Shown in pieces: positions 32,901 to 42,546 of a stretch of DNA of 64,000 bases. The notes under the pieces were generated by a model that was not told the DNA's origin, did not search any database, and saw only the letters and a program-made list of their open reading frames with translations. The stretch is from the NCBI GenBank assembly GCA_013416795.1, contig RQSC01000028.1:586043-650042 (forward strand). Direction: 5' to 3'. How positions within the stretch are numbered: position 1 is the first letter of the stretch; the number at the start of each line of letters is the position of its first letter. Source of the stretch: Prasinococcaceae sp. CCMP 1430 (Eukaryota > Plantae > Prasinodermophyta). The translations under genes and the position numbers were made by a program.

Positions 32901-35326
32901 TTGAAGAGCGCGAACAGGGCACGCCCGGCAGTCGCAAACTCGGCCAACACTTGGTCGGTGATAGTGGCGCTGGTGGTGCTGCGCCCTGGAGAGCACACAC
33001 ACTGCTCGAGGGCACACGCAGCCGCCACGGTTAAAAGCGCGCTGGCCTCGCCGCTGGCTGATCCGGCGGAGCGTGCGACGCTGCCAGTGGGTGCGCTCAC
33101 GGGTTTTGTCTCAGTGGCAGTCTTGGCAGGGTTGGAGCTCGTTTGAGCGCCAGTTGGCGTGTGCGCTGGCTGTGCGGCACGACTCGGAGCAGCCGCAGCC
33201 GCTGCCACACCCCCGCCGCGCCCGCCGCGGCGGATGCACGCGGCCAGGTCCGCGCACGCCGCCTGCTTGCTTAGCAATGCATTCTTCCCCGCCGCGCGCT
33301 GTGCCTCGCTGCCAACGTCGATGAGCGCCACAATAGCGCGGCAGGCCTCAGCCGCCACCCCCGCCGAGTGCGCGCGGAGGCATGCCGTGACGCGAGCAGG
33401 CGCACCAGCCGTCGACAGGAAAGCCGCCGCCGGTACTGGTGCACCCGATGCAAGCCTGGAAAGCGCCGCGAGCACCTCCATGGCGCCCACCGATGCAGCG
33501 AGCGCCACTGAGTCTGACGCGCGAGCGAGGTCGGCGAGATCGACCTGAGTTGGCAGCAGTATCGCCAGCATCGGCATGATGAGCTCAGCCTCCTTCGCGG
33601 TGAGGGAGTGCAGCTTGGGTCCCGAGTACGCCACGTCGGCGTTCAGCATGCGCACGGCACCGCGCAGGTTACTCTCAGCAGCACGCGCGGCGGCCACGTA
33701 CACGTCGGAGACGGCAACCGAGCGCCCCGTGGCGAGCGCCGCGCGCGCGGCGTCCTGCCCACCGAGCGCGGCCGCGTGCGCGCGCGCGGCACTGAGCAGC
33801 CGGCGCATAGCAAGGCGCTCGACGGGTAGGTCGGCATCGGCGCTCGCACCCGCATCGTGCGCGTCGCCCGCGCCGCTGGCGCGGATGTGCGCGCCGTACT
33901 CACGCGGCACGAGGCTCGCCACCGTGGGCTGCGCCGCTGGCGGGCGGGCAGCCCCGACACGCGCGTCCGCCTGCGCTTGAGCGGGGAAGATGCCAACAGG
34001 CGTGTAGCGCACGGCTGGCGTACTGGCGTGCGCGTACGCTGCGTCGAGAAGCGCCGCGAGGAACTCGTCGCGGCGCGAGCACTCGTACTCGGACGGCGGC
34101 GCGCCGTCCGACCAGTGCAGCGTCAGGCGCAGCGCTGCCGCCTCATGTCGCACCACCGACGCCAATGCCGCCAGCGGGCGGTTGGCAGTCGGCGCAAAGT
34201 CGTCCCGCCGATCGAGGAGGCACTTGGAGTACACTTGCAGGGTGCGCTCCACGCGGCGGGTCAACAACGTGATGGTACGCGGGCTGGCGCCCCCGCCACC
34301 ATCGAAACCGTTGCTGCGCTCACTCCCCGTGGCGTCGCCATTCGAGGTGACTTCACGGTCGTCGGCGAGGCCCGCGAGCGCCGCGCCGGGGCCCTTGAGG
34401 CGCGTGACTCGGAAGGACGCACGCGGCGCCTCCTGCGTGACGTCGAGGCGACGTCGCCGCTCGGCCTGCTGCGCACGGAATTGCTCAACGCCCAACGGCT
34501 GCTGTCGCTGCGCCCCCGCACCCCCTGCGATCGCACCACCTGCTGCGGCGACTGAGACCGTCACGCCCACGGCGGCCGCGCTGGCGCTGCAGATGGCGTC
34601 CAGCACGGGCCGCGCTCCGCCGCCGCCACGCGCGCTGAAGCAGCGCGGCGTGAAGCCGCGGCCGCCGCGCAGCACGAAAGCGTCGGCGTCGGCGAGGAGC
34701 GCCGCCCCCGGCGCAGCCATGTCACGATAGTCGAGTTGCCACGTGCACTCGTGGTGGGAGTCAAGCTCACCCGACGCGGGGCGCTCGTGCAGCTCGCGAA
34801 CGCCCGACGCGCCAACCTCGAGGACACACTCGAGCCACTCACCCGAGCCTCGTCGCAGCCTCGCCGCGGCAAAGCGGCGCGGCGCCCACGCAACAGCCGT
34901 CGGGGGGGTCGCGCCGTTTCGCTGAGCCCGCGCCGCGGCGTCGGCAAGCGCGCGCTGGAGCTCGGTGAGCAGCGCCGCGCGCTCAACGCAGCTCCACCGG
35001 ATTTCTTTGAGCTTGCTGCTGGCGCCGTCGGCGCGCACGCCGAGCGTCACGTCGAGGGCCATGCGCGTTGCCCCGACGGCCACTGCGCCGCCCGTCGGGG
35101 CTGCCGACACGAGCCCACCCGAGCCGTCGTACACGTACGAGTTGGTTGGCGTCGCGCCCGGCCCACAGTCATTGGGGTCGAGCGTGTACAATCGCCGGTC
35201 GGTGACGACCAGCACGCGCTTGTACCGCCCCTTCCACGAGTGCTTCGTCGCCACGAAGCGCCCGAGGACGGCCTCGTCGCCGGGCGCACCGCCGCGGCGC
35301 TCGCGGTCGTCGGCGCGACCCCCACG
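26978..35326 (-). CDS. RME8: RME-8 / DNAJC13 / GRV2 endosomal J-domain protein (5' end in gap)
   Basis: TKHSWKGRYKR N-terminus, IWN-type repeats (LVWNDVTRAEL, LIWTRSMRE, ILWNSRMRAEL), GYF_2-like WYY...GPLS, J domain KRAYRRLAMRYHPDKNP, ELYVGGIFVRLF. Confidence 0.95.
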   Translation of the reverse strand, partial: RGGRADDRERRGGAPGDEAVLGRFVATKHSWKGRYKRVLVVTDRRLYTLDPNDCGPGATPTNSYVYDGSGGLVSAAPTGGAVAVGATRMALDVTLGVRADGASSKLKEIRWSCVERAALLTELQRALADAAARAQRNGATPPTAVAWAPRRFAAARLRRGSGEWLECVLEVGASGVRELHERPASGELDSHHECTWQLDYRDMAAPGAALLADADAFVLRGGRGFTPRCFSARGGGGARPVLDAICSASAAAVGVTVSVAAAGGAIAGGAGAQRQQPLGVEQFRAQQAERRRRLDVTQEAPRASFRVTRLKGPGAALAGLADDREVTSNGDATGSERSNGFDGGGGASPRTITLLTRRVERTLQVYSKCLLDRRDDFAPTANRPLAALASVVRHEAAALRLTLHWSDGAPPSEYECSRRDEFLAALLDAAYAHASTPAVRYTPVGIFPAQAQADARVGAARPPAAQPTVASLVPREYGAHIRASGAGDAHDAGASADADLPVERLAMRRLLSAARAHAAALGGQDAARAALATGRSVAVSDVYVAAARAAESNLRGAVRMLNADVAYSGPKLHSLTAKEAELIMPMLAILLPTQVDLADLARASDSVALAASVGAMEVLAALSRLASGAPVPAAAFLSTAGAPARVTACLRAHSAGVAAEACRAIVALIDVGSEAQRAAGKNALLSKQAACADLAACIRRGGRGGGVAAAAAAPSRAAQPAHTPTGAQTSSNPAKTATETKPVSAPTGSVARSAGSASGEASALLTVAAACALEQCVCSPGRSTTSATITDQVLAEFATAGRALFALFKHPAVRASHVAASIMRTLAEEGNSERCAAARNAALCDGAVLVHLRAALFEERADRREESRLLVSLWCDAHSVAMSLLGRCLPEGLLSMLQEPRSALKHISSAAAMAALDDVGGVDPESVAGRGVGAIANVGKQVSAAGDGGSRLRCNWDALWATADQSWASPSLVWNDVTRAELRHALDREIATLELEQQREEYSARAAVEAAVDQTPVGGAGGTAFGGSVGHVSWNHREFYVRYPSLEEEVRICGTFVRHLIENAAPLKSPEDGGGAGLDGGGMTSQVRSPERSRLSSAVSFGLIRQPAEFFYAAYRELLELADVDVAPLGDSAPRRVDKRHLCVQAMSAAYSQQAGAIGPFKGVPHCGRLIDHTLDAGLRDKLLLLFRALVTSGPNASLVEANAGAMVDAGLVDVLACIVAGAHGAGERALMPMASNLLTATAHVEPLKVWYYIADDAGVDVSSYNPWEMGASCPAGVSCVGPLSRAELRQAFSHGKATGVTRVRARGDAVTALGWQRLRDVRELRWMAAAGRRTLSPQEAAAAALETLIAIVTAAPSVDADGDPVRPIPKAKRALCAPHCLAHVAQAMLCGDARVADLSARLLKAVVAYNPATMVRLYRTGVFYFALAYPGSNLAALSDLLCASHMRQDSTAAPGAGAHANTQGSLASRSALGDLLPESLLQIAETYGAAALAQALTADADTPELIWTRSMREERLVAQLTVHLGDFPRALAENHCAVYEYAPIAPITYPALEDEVWCHRYYLRSLADEERFPGWRIKDVVDVVRALLAAWRAELAKKPMSMSETDAAAELELKEDWHALPRDERESLLKRAYRRLAMRYHPDKNPGGLARFRAVRAAYDRLRAGAAGAQGAAPWRVVLLLRAQCACYRRQPTELAPFMYAGFPLLLAEVERAADAPPGALVPAPRDMSTAGDSGDRQHACVYERAAASSELILLTCMASVQNGDAVARAGGVVPLGALLARTAAAAPADVSDADHRCAIGADVLRTLAGLAALASARDAFDVEAHAVVRDVVRCTRLGDAPLCCDAALRTCGNLCAAPAMQGAIARAGLIFRCLVLMLRYDATLKEEGDTEKSRPDDTDAPDNPSKPVQRNSFDQGASNARVAPGAPAPGTAGQVIAVDAATGKPADAGSARMGPGVPTNVQRHRNELALRASEVLARLCGCLGAAANTPEAKVNASVVTALLTPGVARLLARGEHTEVMGILTSSIETCTILWNSRMRAELESHLDKAIAVEPGEEGYDLAEHASFKFDALKDELVVGGVYVRVYNEKPATLANPVAFAGTALEYASNCAVEADAGDARAHARASASLNAAQIAVASTSPGASMASLKLSMLQPWLLAGAEEATAAGADAVGTSEAALRVVAAACARPGAPQALAPIVRRIFQLTLLGTEAARELSAHALSLVADSATVAKESALGGGILYVLASILPLQASADRPKHSLLPDRLMQPYTVLLSKLLRERVHGERACAMVRAHLPQALVDALRDDETGVVSSLASRSETPALVWSRELACSASTRLLAACTAQVASQRERAEAYEAAVGTAYVIPGELYVGGIFVRLFVKDPAFALRDSKRTAEALLDYFEARGESLMSGASDVGGETESNAVLVSNAATLLIRSYPTVGEHLAMLGKVPRIVALLPTDTDTSARMSSVEGAALRLVHQLVASGDSARSALAGCAGVAARLKACIGKGTAAASLAIEALSRALPSANARRDALVQQCVAAGLLEVLLDLLSEGEGGEGGAGSDEAEADVLVVRALAVDVIRLLSAEGAFADVVREKLAASAVWAAHSGADHALFLPASAREQSGGAAALVGSTHTLALPAPEDVARSALQNVADATAARANVSARAVPVDRVGRAAEEAVENAAEVQPGSADLATTEAADAACEDMPGETPQTTATRADTPPPEEAAEGAATPASSAGGGADDGSAAQDPLQAPDDPLQAASAAANRTVDCGEGGHPLQ

Positions 35327-35769
35327 NNNNNNNNNNNNNNNNNNNNNNNNNNNNNNNNNNNNNNNNNNNNNNNNNNNNNNNNNNNNNNNNNNNNNNNNNN
35401 NNNNNNNNNNNNNNNNNNNNNNNNNNNNNNNNNNNNNNNNNNNNNNNNNNNNNNNNNNNNNNNNNNNNNNNNNNNNNNNNNNNNNNNNNNNNNNNNNNNN
35501 NNNNNNNNNNNNNNNNNNNNNNNNNNNNNNNNNNNNNNNNNNNNNNNNNNNNNNNNNNNNNNNNNNNNNNNNNNNNNNNNNNNNNNNNNNNNNNNNNNNN
35601 NNNNNNNNNNNNNNNNNNNNNNNNNNNNNNNNNNNNNNNNNNNNNNNNNNNNNNNNNNNNNNNNNNNNNNNNNNNNNNNNNNNNNNNNNNNNNNNNNNNN
35701 NNNNNNNNNNNNNNNNNNNNNNNNNNNNNNNNNNNNNNNNNNNNNNNNNNNNNNNNNNNNNNNNNNNNN
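35327..35769. other. Assembly gap (N run)
   Basis: Ns. Confidence 1.
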
Positions 35770-35939
35770 CACATCGCGCGCGGCAAGCGCGCCCGCCGCG
35801 CGGAGGTGCTCGCCCCGCGTGGCGCCGACGCACCTGCGTACTCGACGCGCGCGCCCGCGCGGCGCACCTGCGACGTGGGCGGCGCGGTTGAGGAGGGAGG
35901 CGGTGGTGCGCTCCAGCGCGCTCGTGCGCGGCTGATGCG

Positions 35940-36089
35940 ATGCCGCTCATCGAGGAGCTGCCCTCGGCAGGCGCGGGGGGCGCCGACGCGGGACGGCAGC
36001 AGGCCGCCGGCGCGATGGGGGGCAGCAGCTTCGATTTCAGCCGTGGCATCAAGGGCGCAGGGGGAATGAATGGCGATGGCAGCGGCAGC

Positions 36090-36120
<31 letters not shown>

Positions 36121-36887
36121 GCGTGGACATGTCTCGAGGCGACGGCCGCTTCGCAGATGGCAGCAACGTCAAGATGCAACGCAGTGATCGCGGCAACATC
36201 GTGCGGCTTTCTCCGGCGGCGTTCGACGAGGGCAATCGAGAGGAGACTGTGCGAGAGCTTGAGCGCATAGGGGCTATACCCAAGCAGTGTGGTGGTGGGA
36301 AAGCAGGTGAGGCGCAGGCGGAGCAGCACCGACGTGCGGAGGAGCGGCGACTCCTCGACGGCCTGAAGGCGGAGGCGGCCGCCGCGCCACAGGCGTTCAT
36401 GGACGACGAGATGGCGAATGGTCTGTCGAGGCTGTTCAACGAGAGCTTCCAGGCGGCGCAGGCGTATGCCGGGGCGGCGTCTTCGAGCACAGTCGCGGCC
36501 GCGGGCGAAGAGGGCGCGAGCGGTAGCGGATTGCTCAGCGAGCTGGACAGGGAAGGCGACGTATCGGCCGACGCCGCGGCCGCGGCATCGGCGTTTCGCC
36601 TGGGCGGTGGCGGCGGCAAGGGCTTACCACGGCCCAAGCACTTCATGAGAGAGATCACCAACAAGTCCGGCGCAGCGTGCGTGGAGTGCTCCTTGGAGCT
36701 GCCGGGCGTCTCCAGCGCCGCCGAGGCCGCCGCGGAGCTGCACGTCGCGCCGCAGCTCATCGAGCTGGCGGTGCCTGGACGATTCGAGGCCAGGGTGAGG
36801 CTCCCCAAGCGCGTCCGCGACGCCGAGGCCAAGGCCAAGTGGAAGAAGGCCACCTCGACGCTCGTCGTCACCGCGCCCCTCGAGTGA
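35940..36887 (+). CDS. PIH1/CS (HSP20-like fold) C-terminal domain protein, putative co-chaperone
   Basis: N-terminal MPLIEEL; C-terminal LELPGV...V.LP..V....AKAKWKKATSTLVVTAP. Confidence 0.7.
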
Positions 36888-37276
36888 CCGCTATGTAAGG
36901 CGCACTCGCATAGGCTCGAGCCGTTCTTGCTCGGTTCCGATCGGCTGGGGTACCTGGTACTGAATAGGAATAGGAATAGGATTATCTTGAGGGTTGGTTT
37001 GCAATACGGTCAGCCCCAACACATCCGGGAGGTCCCAACCGGGGCTGAGAGCCGCACCCCCGTACGTCGTGCTGATGACTGAGAGGGTCTGCCAGCCGGT
37101 TGAGGCTGCCGTGCGCGCCACAGCGCGCGCGCGCGCGGCACACGCGCCGCGAGTGCGCGCGCGCAGGCGACGCTCCTCCCTCCCACCACCCCGTCCCATC
37201 CGCTACCTCCCCTCCCCCGGGGCCCGCGGGCAGGGGCGAAATGAGTATGGTAATGTGTGTAATTATGGATGCCTGA

Positions 37277-38433
37277 GCGCGTCTGGAGCGCTCGCGCTCG
37301 AGCGCCGCCGCTGCGGCTGCTGCCGCCACGGCAGTCGCGCCCGCGTCTCCGCTGGCGTCATGGGCGGCGTGGGCGCTGACCGCGGCGGCGGCGGCCGCCT
37401 TCGCAGCGTGCGTGAGCGCATTCCTGTTCGCGTGCGTGGCAGTCATCCGGGCAGCAATGGCACTGCGCGCATCGACATCCGCCGTCGTGGGCGCGTGCAC
37501 GGCCGTGGAGTCCGCATGCGACGCCGTCATTCGCACAGCAAACACCGTGGACACAGACTTGCAGACCGTCGAGCGGCTGGCCGACCGCATCGGCCAAGAG
37601 GCCGGGCTGCTCACAAACAGGCTGTCGTCACTGCCGACTGCAGCCCTCGGCAGCCTGGTGGGCGGCACAGGCGGCGGTGCCGCGCAGGAGGGCGGTGCGT
37701 GCGTTGTTGGCTACTCCGACCTGTGCATCTCGCTCGGTGGGCGCATCCCTGGCCGCCGTGCAGGTGACACATGGGTGCCGCCCACCGATGGCATCGGTCG
37801 GAAGGAGGTCGCCGCATCCGCGCCGCGGCTGTCGTTCTCTGCACGGAACGTTTTCGCGACGGGCGAGTACGTCGCAGTGCCGCGAGGCAGAGGGCTCTAT
37901 CACTCATGGGGCGTAATAGAGGACACGGAGGGCCAAGTCGACGCTGGTGAAGGCGGGGAGGGGGCAAACGCGTGCGTGTGGCCGCCGCCTGCAGCGTACG
38001 TGCGCGCGAGCATGCACGGCGCCAATGGGTGCGCCATGCGCCCCCTGCAGCGACTGTGGGCATCCACAAGCGCGCGGATGTTAGCGGCCGCACTCTGTGC
38101 TTTTTGCGCTGCTTGCAATGACTGTGGCTGACACGCCCTCAATTATGCGCACAGCACTCAGAGCACTCAGGGTGACCTCGGACTGATCGGCGCCCTCAGC
38201 GCCACGGTGTCAGACCTGCTGGACGGCAGCATCGGGGAGGATTCTGCCACAGAATACCGCGTTGTGGTGTCGACCGACCCAAGCGGCGACGAGTACAGCT
38301 ATGTTGTCGCCACAGCCGCCGAACTCGGGAAGCTGATTCCGAAGTGAGTAATCTCAGTACTGTACCATTCTTACAGGGGCTGGAAACGCGCGCAAATGGA
38401 GCGCTGCGCGTGCGATCAGGGTGGCCGGTCTAG
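37277..38433 (+). CDS. Multi-exon hypothetical protein (TM helix followed by a coiled coil); boundaries uncertain
   Basis: Open frame 37277-38131 with hydrophobic AAFAACVSAFLFACVAVI; GTACGT and GTGAGT donors and a coding-like exon at about 38172-38344. Confidence 0.45.
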
Positions 38434-38548
38434 CAAGGCACGCGCGCGCGCACGCGCGCTGTGCGCTCGGCGGGGCCAGCAAGCGCTGCTATGTGGCCAA
38501 GGCAAGAGTCCACAGAGCGCGCGCGCAGTTGGTAGCGAGCGCTGCAAC

Positions 38549-40157
38549 TTACGAAGTCGCGGTCTCAAAATCTGCCTCCAATGCGCGCGTCTGCGCCTGG
38601 CCGGCCGAGGGCGGACCACGCGCCGGAGATAGCGACGCGAACCCATCGAATGCCTCTTCGGGCGTGGTAGCCTGCGGGGGTAGCCCCTCCGGCACCCGCC
38701 CTGGCTCGTACAAAAGCCCAACGTGGTGGCACATCACCATGAGCTGCGTGTGAAAGTGGTGATTGCCGAGGCAGTTGCTGTGGCGGCGCGCGCGATACAC
38801 CGTCTCGACGGCGTCCATCATGAAGTAGTGCTCCCTCAGCACGAGGTACGCAGCACACACGAATCCGCTACGCTTGAGACCCTCAACGCAGTGGATGAGG
38901 ACCTTCTTCTGGACAGCGCTGTTCTGGTTCTCCCGCTCGCAGCGCGCGATGAAGCCCATCGCCTTCTTCGCCATGTCGCTGAGCTCGAATTCGGGGCGTA
39001 CGCCGACCTTGCCTTCGCTCACGAACTGCTCCTCGACCATGAGCGGCGACCACTCGTTGCGCGTGGTCATATCCACCGCGCCGAGGTTGCAGTACTCAAT
39101 ACCCGTGCCCTCGTACGTGCTCGCATCCACCCCGAGGGGCGCCGTCTTCTCCTCCTGCGCACAGTTGAGGACGTAGCCGACTCCCAGCCTCTTGAGCTTG
39201 TCCACGTCGGCCGCCTCCTTTACGCCTCCCAGCAGCACTGGCGCGCCCTCGACAATCGGCACAGGCAGCATGGGATGTCCCGACTTCACCTCGAAGTCCT
39301 CGCCCTTGGCTTTGAACTCCGCCGCGATGGCCGCGCACGCCGCGATCTTGCGCTCATCCGCGCGCACAGCCGCGTAGCCCTCGGGTGTCACGGTCGCCTC
39401 CTTCGCAGGCTTCGAAGACGGCGTGGTGCCTGCGGGGAAGGATCCGCTGAGAATCGAGTCCGCAACGGCCGCGGCGATCTGACGCACTGCCTTCTTGCGG
39501 AGGTACCCCTGGCACGGAACCTGCGGACGCGCGAGAGACGAGCGCTCGCACGCGTCAGAACAAGCGCGCGCCAGGGCCCGCGCGCGAGCATGGTCGAGAG
39601 CACACGCACTTACGGCGATCGCAACGCACCGTGTGGCGCTTCCCTGGTATCCACGCTTTGAGGAGCTTGTGCAGCATCCAGTTGCTAAAGATGTCTGTGC
39701 ACTCCTGTGAGCTGCCGTCGTCCTGCTTGTACGTCAGCAGCGTCTCGACGGCCTCCACGATGCGCTCCTTCACCTCCTCACCATGGTCAGCATCGGGAGC
39801 GTCGCCATTTCCGAAGTTGGACGCGCCCGCATTGGGGGTGGACGGCTCGTCGGCACATGCGTGCGCTGCCGGCGGGCCATTCGTCGGCTCAGGGCTGAGG
39901 ATCGGGCTGCCGAAGGCGCTCGACGGGGCGCTCACGCCCGCCGGAGTGTGAAAAGCGCTTGGCGCACCGCCGCTGGCCGGCGATGCGCCGTGTGCCTCGC
40001 CGCCCCCTTTTTCCGTCTCCGCCGCCGCAACGACCGCTTTGGTGGCCGCGCGCGCCTCCGCATTGCTCTTGCCCGCGCCTCGGGTCGCACCGCCCCGCTC
40101 GCCGTCGCCGCGGCCCCCACCGCCACTGTACGCGTACGCGTACGCCGCGTACGCCAC
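38549..40157 (-). CDS. Dual-specificity protein phosphatase; start not resolved
   Basis: LLGGVKEAADVDKLKRLGVGYVLNCA, VLIHCVEGLKRS (CX5R), AYLVLRE; intron about 39632-39505. Confidence 0.85.
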
Positions 40158-40709
40158 CGCCGCCGCGGTGACGGCGGTCGCAGCGGCGGCGGCCGCCGTT
40201 GCACGGGCGGGGTCGAGTCAGGCGCGCGCACAGTACGTACCCAAAATTCGCCGCCCCCACCCCCACCCCCGCCGCCGCCGGCGCGCGATGTGCCGGCAGG
40301 GGCGGCGCGGAAGCTGCCAGGCTGCGAGCGATTTTTGAACTCGCGCAGCCGGCAAAAGTCGTATGTGTTGGTATCGCGAACCGTTGCTGCGGCGGGAGAA
40401 TCGGAATCGCACGCCGGACGTGTGCTTTTCAAACGCACAAACGGCGGGCAAACTGCGAGTGGGAGAGCGCCTGGAGGTGCCGCGCGGTCCGCCACAGCGC
40501 GTGCGCAGCAGGTGGTGGTGGTGGTGTGGGGGGAGGAGGCGCAGGGGAGGACGAAGCGGAGGCGCCGGGCGGGGGGCGCTGTTCGCCGGAGAGGCGGGGG
40601 GGGGGGGGGGGGGGGGGGGGTTTGTGGGAAATGCGTTTTGAGGTGTGTTGGCATGGATGAACGTGCGGTGTGGCTGTTGGCGTGTGTGAGCGGCCCCGCG
40701 GCGAGTGCG

Positions 40710-42383
40710 ATGCCTCCCAGGCGCACGCTGGGACCGCGGCTGCGGCCAGCTGCCAGGGCCGCGGCCACGAGCGGTGACGCGGCAGGTGGTAGGGACTCGC
40801 CCGCGAAGAACACGCGGGGGAAGAGGGCAGCGCAGAAGGCGGGTGCGGCGGCGCAGGGGCCGAGGTCCGCCGGCAAGCGCAGGGCAGGAGGTGCGCCGGT
40901 CTCGATTGACCTCGTGGCCGACGGCAGCGACAGCGATGGCGGCGGGCACAGTGCGCCGCCCCCACAGAAGCGAAAGCATGCGGCAAGTGGTCCGAAGCGG
41001 GGTAAGGCGGGCGGTCGCTCAGGGGCCACGGCCGCGGTCCGCTTGCCTCCGGCGGCGGCTCCGTTGGCCATCACAAAGCTCTTCGGTCCGTCGGGTGGAG
41101 CAGTCAAAGCGGTCGGCAGCCTGACCGCGCTGCTCACCAAGGGCGGTGAGAGGGTGGAAGCCACGCTGATCGGCGAGGGCGCGCACGCCGGCGTTTACAA
41201 GCTGCGCGGGAGCGCGCTTGCTGCAGCCGGCATTTCCGAAGACTCGGTGGTCGCGAAGTGGGCCGAGCCCCTCGCGCCCAAGGACATGGCCGCAGCTGCC
41301 ATCGGCAACCCCGAGAAATTCAAGACGTGGCGGGAAACGTACGTGCACGACAGACTTGTCACGCCAATGGTTCTCGCCGACGGCTGTCCGCACTTTCCGG
41401 TGCTGCACGGTTGGTATCACTGCGCGAGCGCCGGCAGGGCGCTCATGGTCATGGAAAGGGGGGAGATGTCGCTCGAGGCGTGGGGCCGCGCGTCGAAGCG
41501 CTCTGAGACCGAGTGGCTCGCGGTGCTCTTCCAGCTGTACCACGCACTTGCGGCCATGCAGCACAAGGACATGCTGCACTTCGACGTCAAGTGGGAGAAC
41601 GTGCTCATGAGGCGCACGGCCAACAGCGGTGGGGGCCACTATGCGTACACGGTGCGCGGCACGACGTTCCACGTGCCAAACATCGGTTGGCAGGCCATGC
41701 TGTGCGACTTCGGCTTGGCCCACGTGTGCGACCCGTGCCACGAACCGGCTTTCTATAATGACAAGGGGCGCAAACGCGGCGGGTGGGTGGCGGTGTATGG
41801 GTGCGATCGCAGCAGGCTCAGCGCAGATCTCCGCCGCGTCGAGAATGACGGGCAGCTCGTGGCAGAACGCACGCTCGGATCCAAGGAAGTTCGCTTCAGG
41901 GACAGAGCGTCGAACAGCAACGACTCTGCCGCTGTCGGCACGCCCTCGTGTGAGCGCCTCGCGGCGCGCACCTTCGCAAACGACCGCCGATTCGACACGC
42001 GAGAGCTGGCGCGCTCCTTCGAGCCCGGGGCGCTGCAGAATGAGACGCCAACCAACCTGAGCAAGCCTCATACCGATCACGGCGTCAAGGTGAGCGTGCC
42101 CTCAGCTTTCCGTGTGTCTAGGTGCCGTGCGCGCATGCGCCTTGGCCCACGCATGCGCATGCGGGCCCTCGCTGACCGACCCGCGTGAGCACCCCAGATG
42201 CCTTCGAAAGTGCTCAAAATCTGCCGCGCGGTGTACAAGGTCGACACGAGCCGAGGCAGCACGTCGCGCTACGCGGCCGAGCACTTCTGCGCCGACGCAG
42301 TGCTGTGCACGCACTTCGCTACCGTCTTCCCCGCCAAAATGAAGGGCGCGCCCATCGCCGCATACGACTACGAAGGCCATTAA
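40710..42383 (+). CDS. Atypical Ser/Thr protein kinase (haspin-like or NCLDV F10-like appearance); intron 42090-42197
   Basis: IGEGAHAGVYK, VVAKW, LFQLYHALAAMQ, HFDVKWENVL, YTVRGTTFHVPNIG, LCDFGLA; GTGAG...CCCAG intron in phase 0. Confidence 0.8.
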
Positions 42384-42546
42384 CAGTCACGCGCGCACGG
42401 GCGCGTCCTGGCAGAGAGTGCGGCAAAATGGAAGACGGGCCGGCCCGCCGTGTCACGCGATGTTTAAGAATGCGCCCATGTCTGGACTAAGACCGGCGCG
42501 CGCGCGCCGCTCTCGCCTCGACGCGCGCGTGCTACGTCGAGTCGTG

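Noticed and set aside
35769-36329. 3297-aa RME-8 ORF extending across the gap to 36871
   Set aside because: The ORF caller read through Ns; sequence right of the gap is the antisense of the PIH1/CS gene
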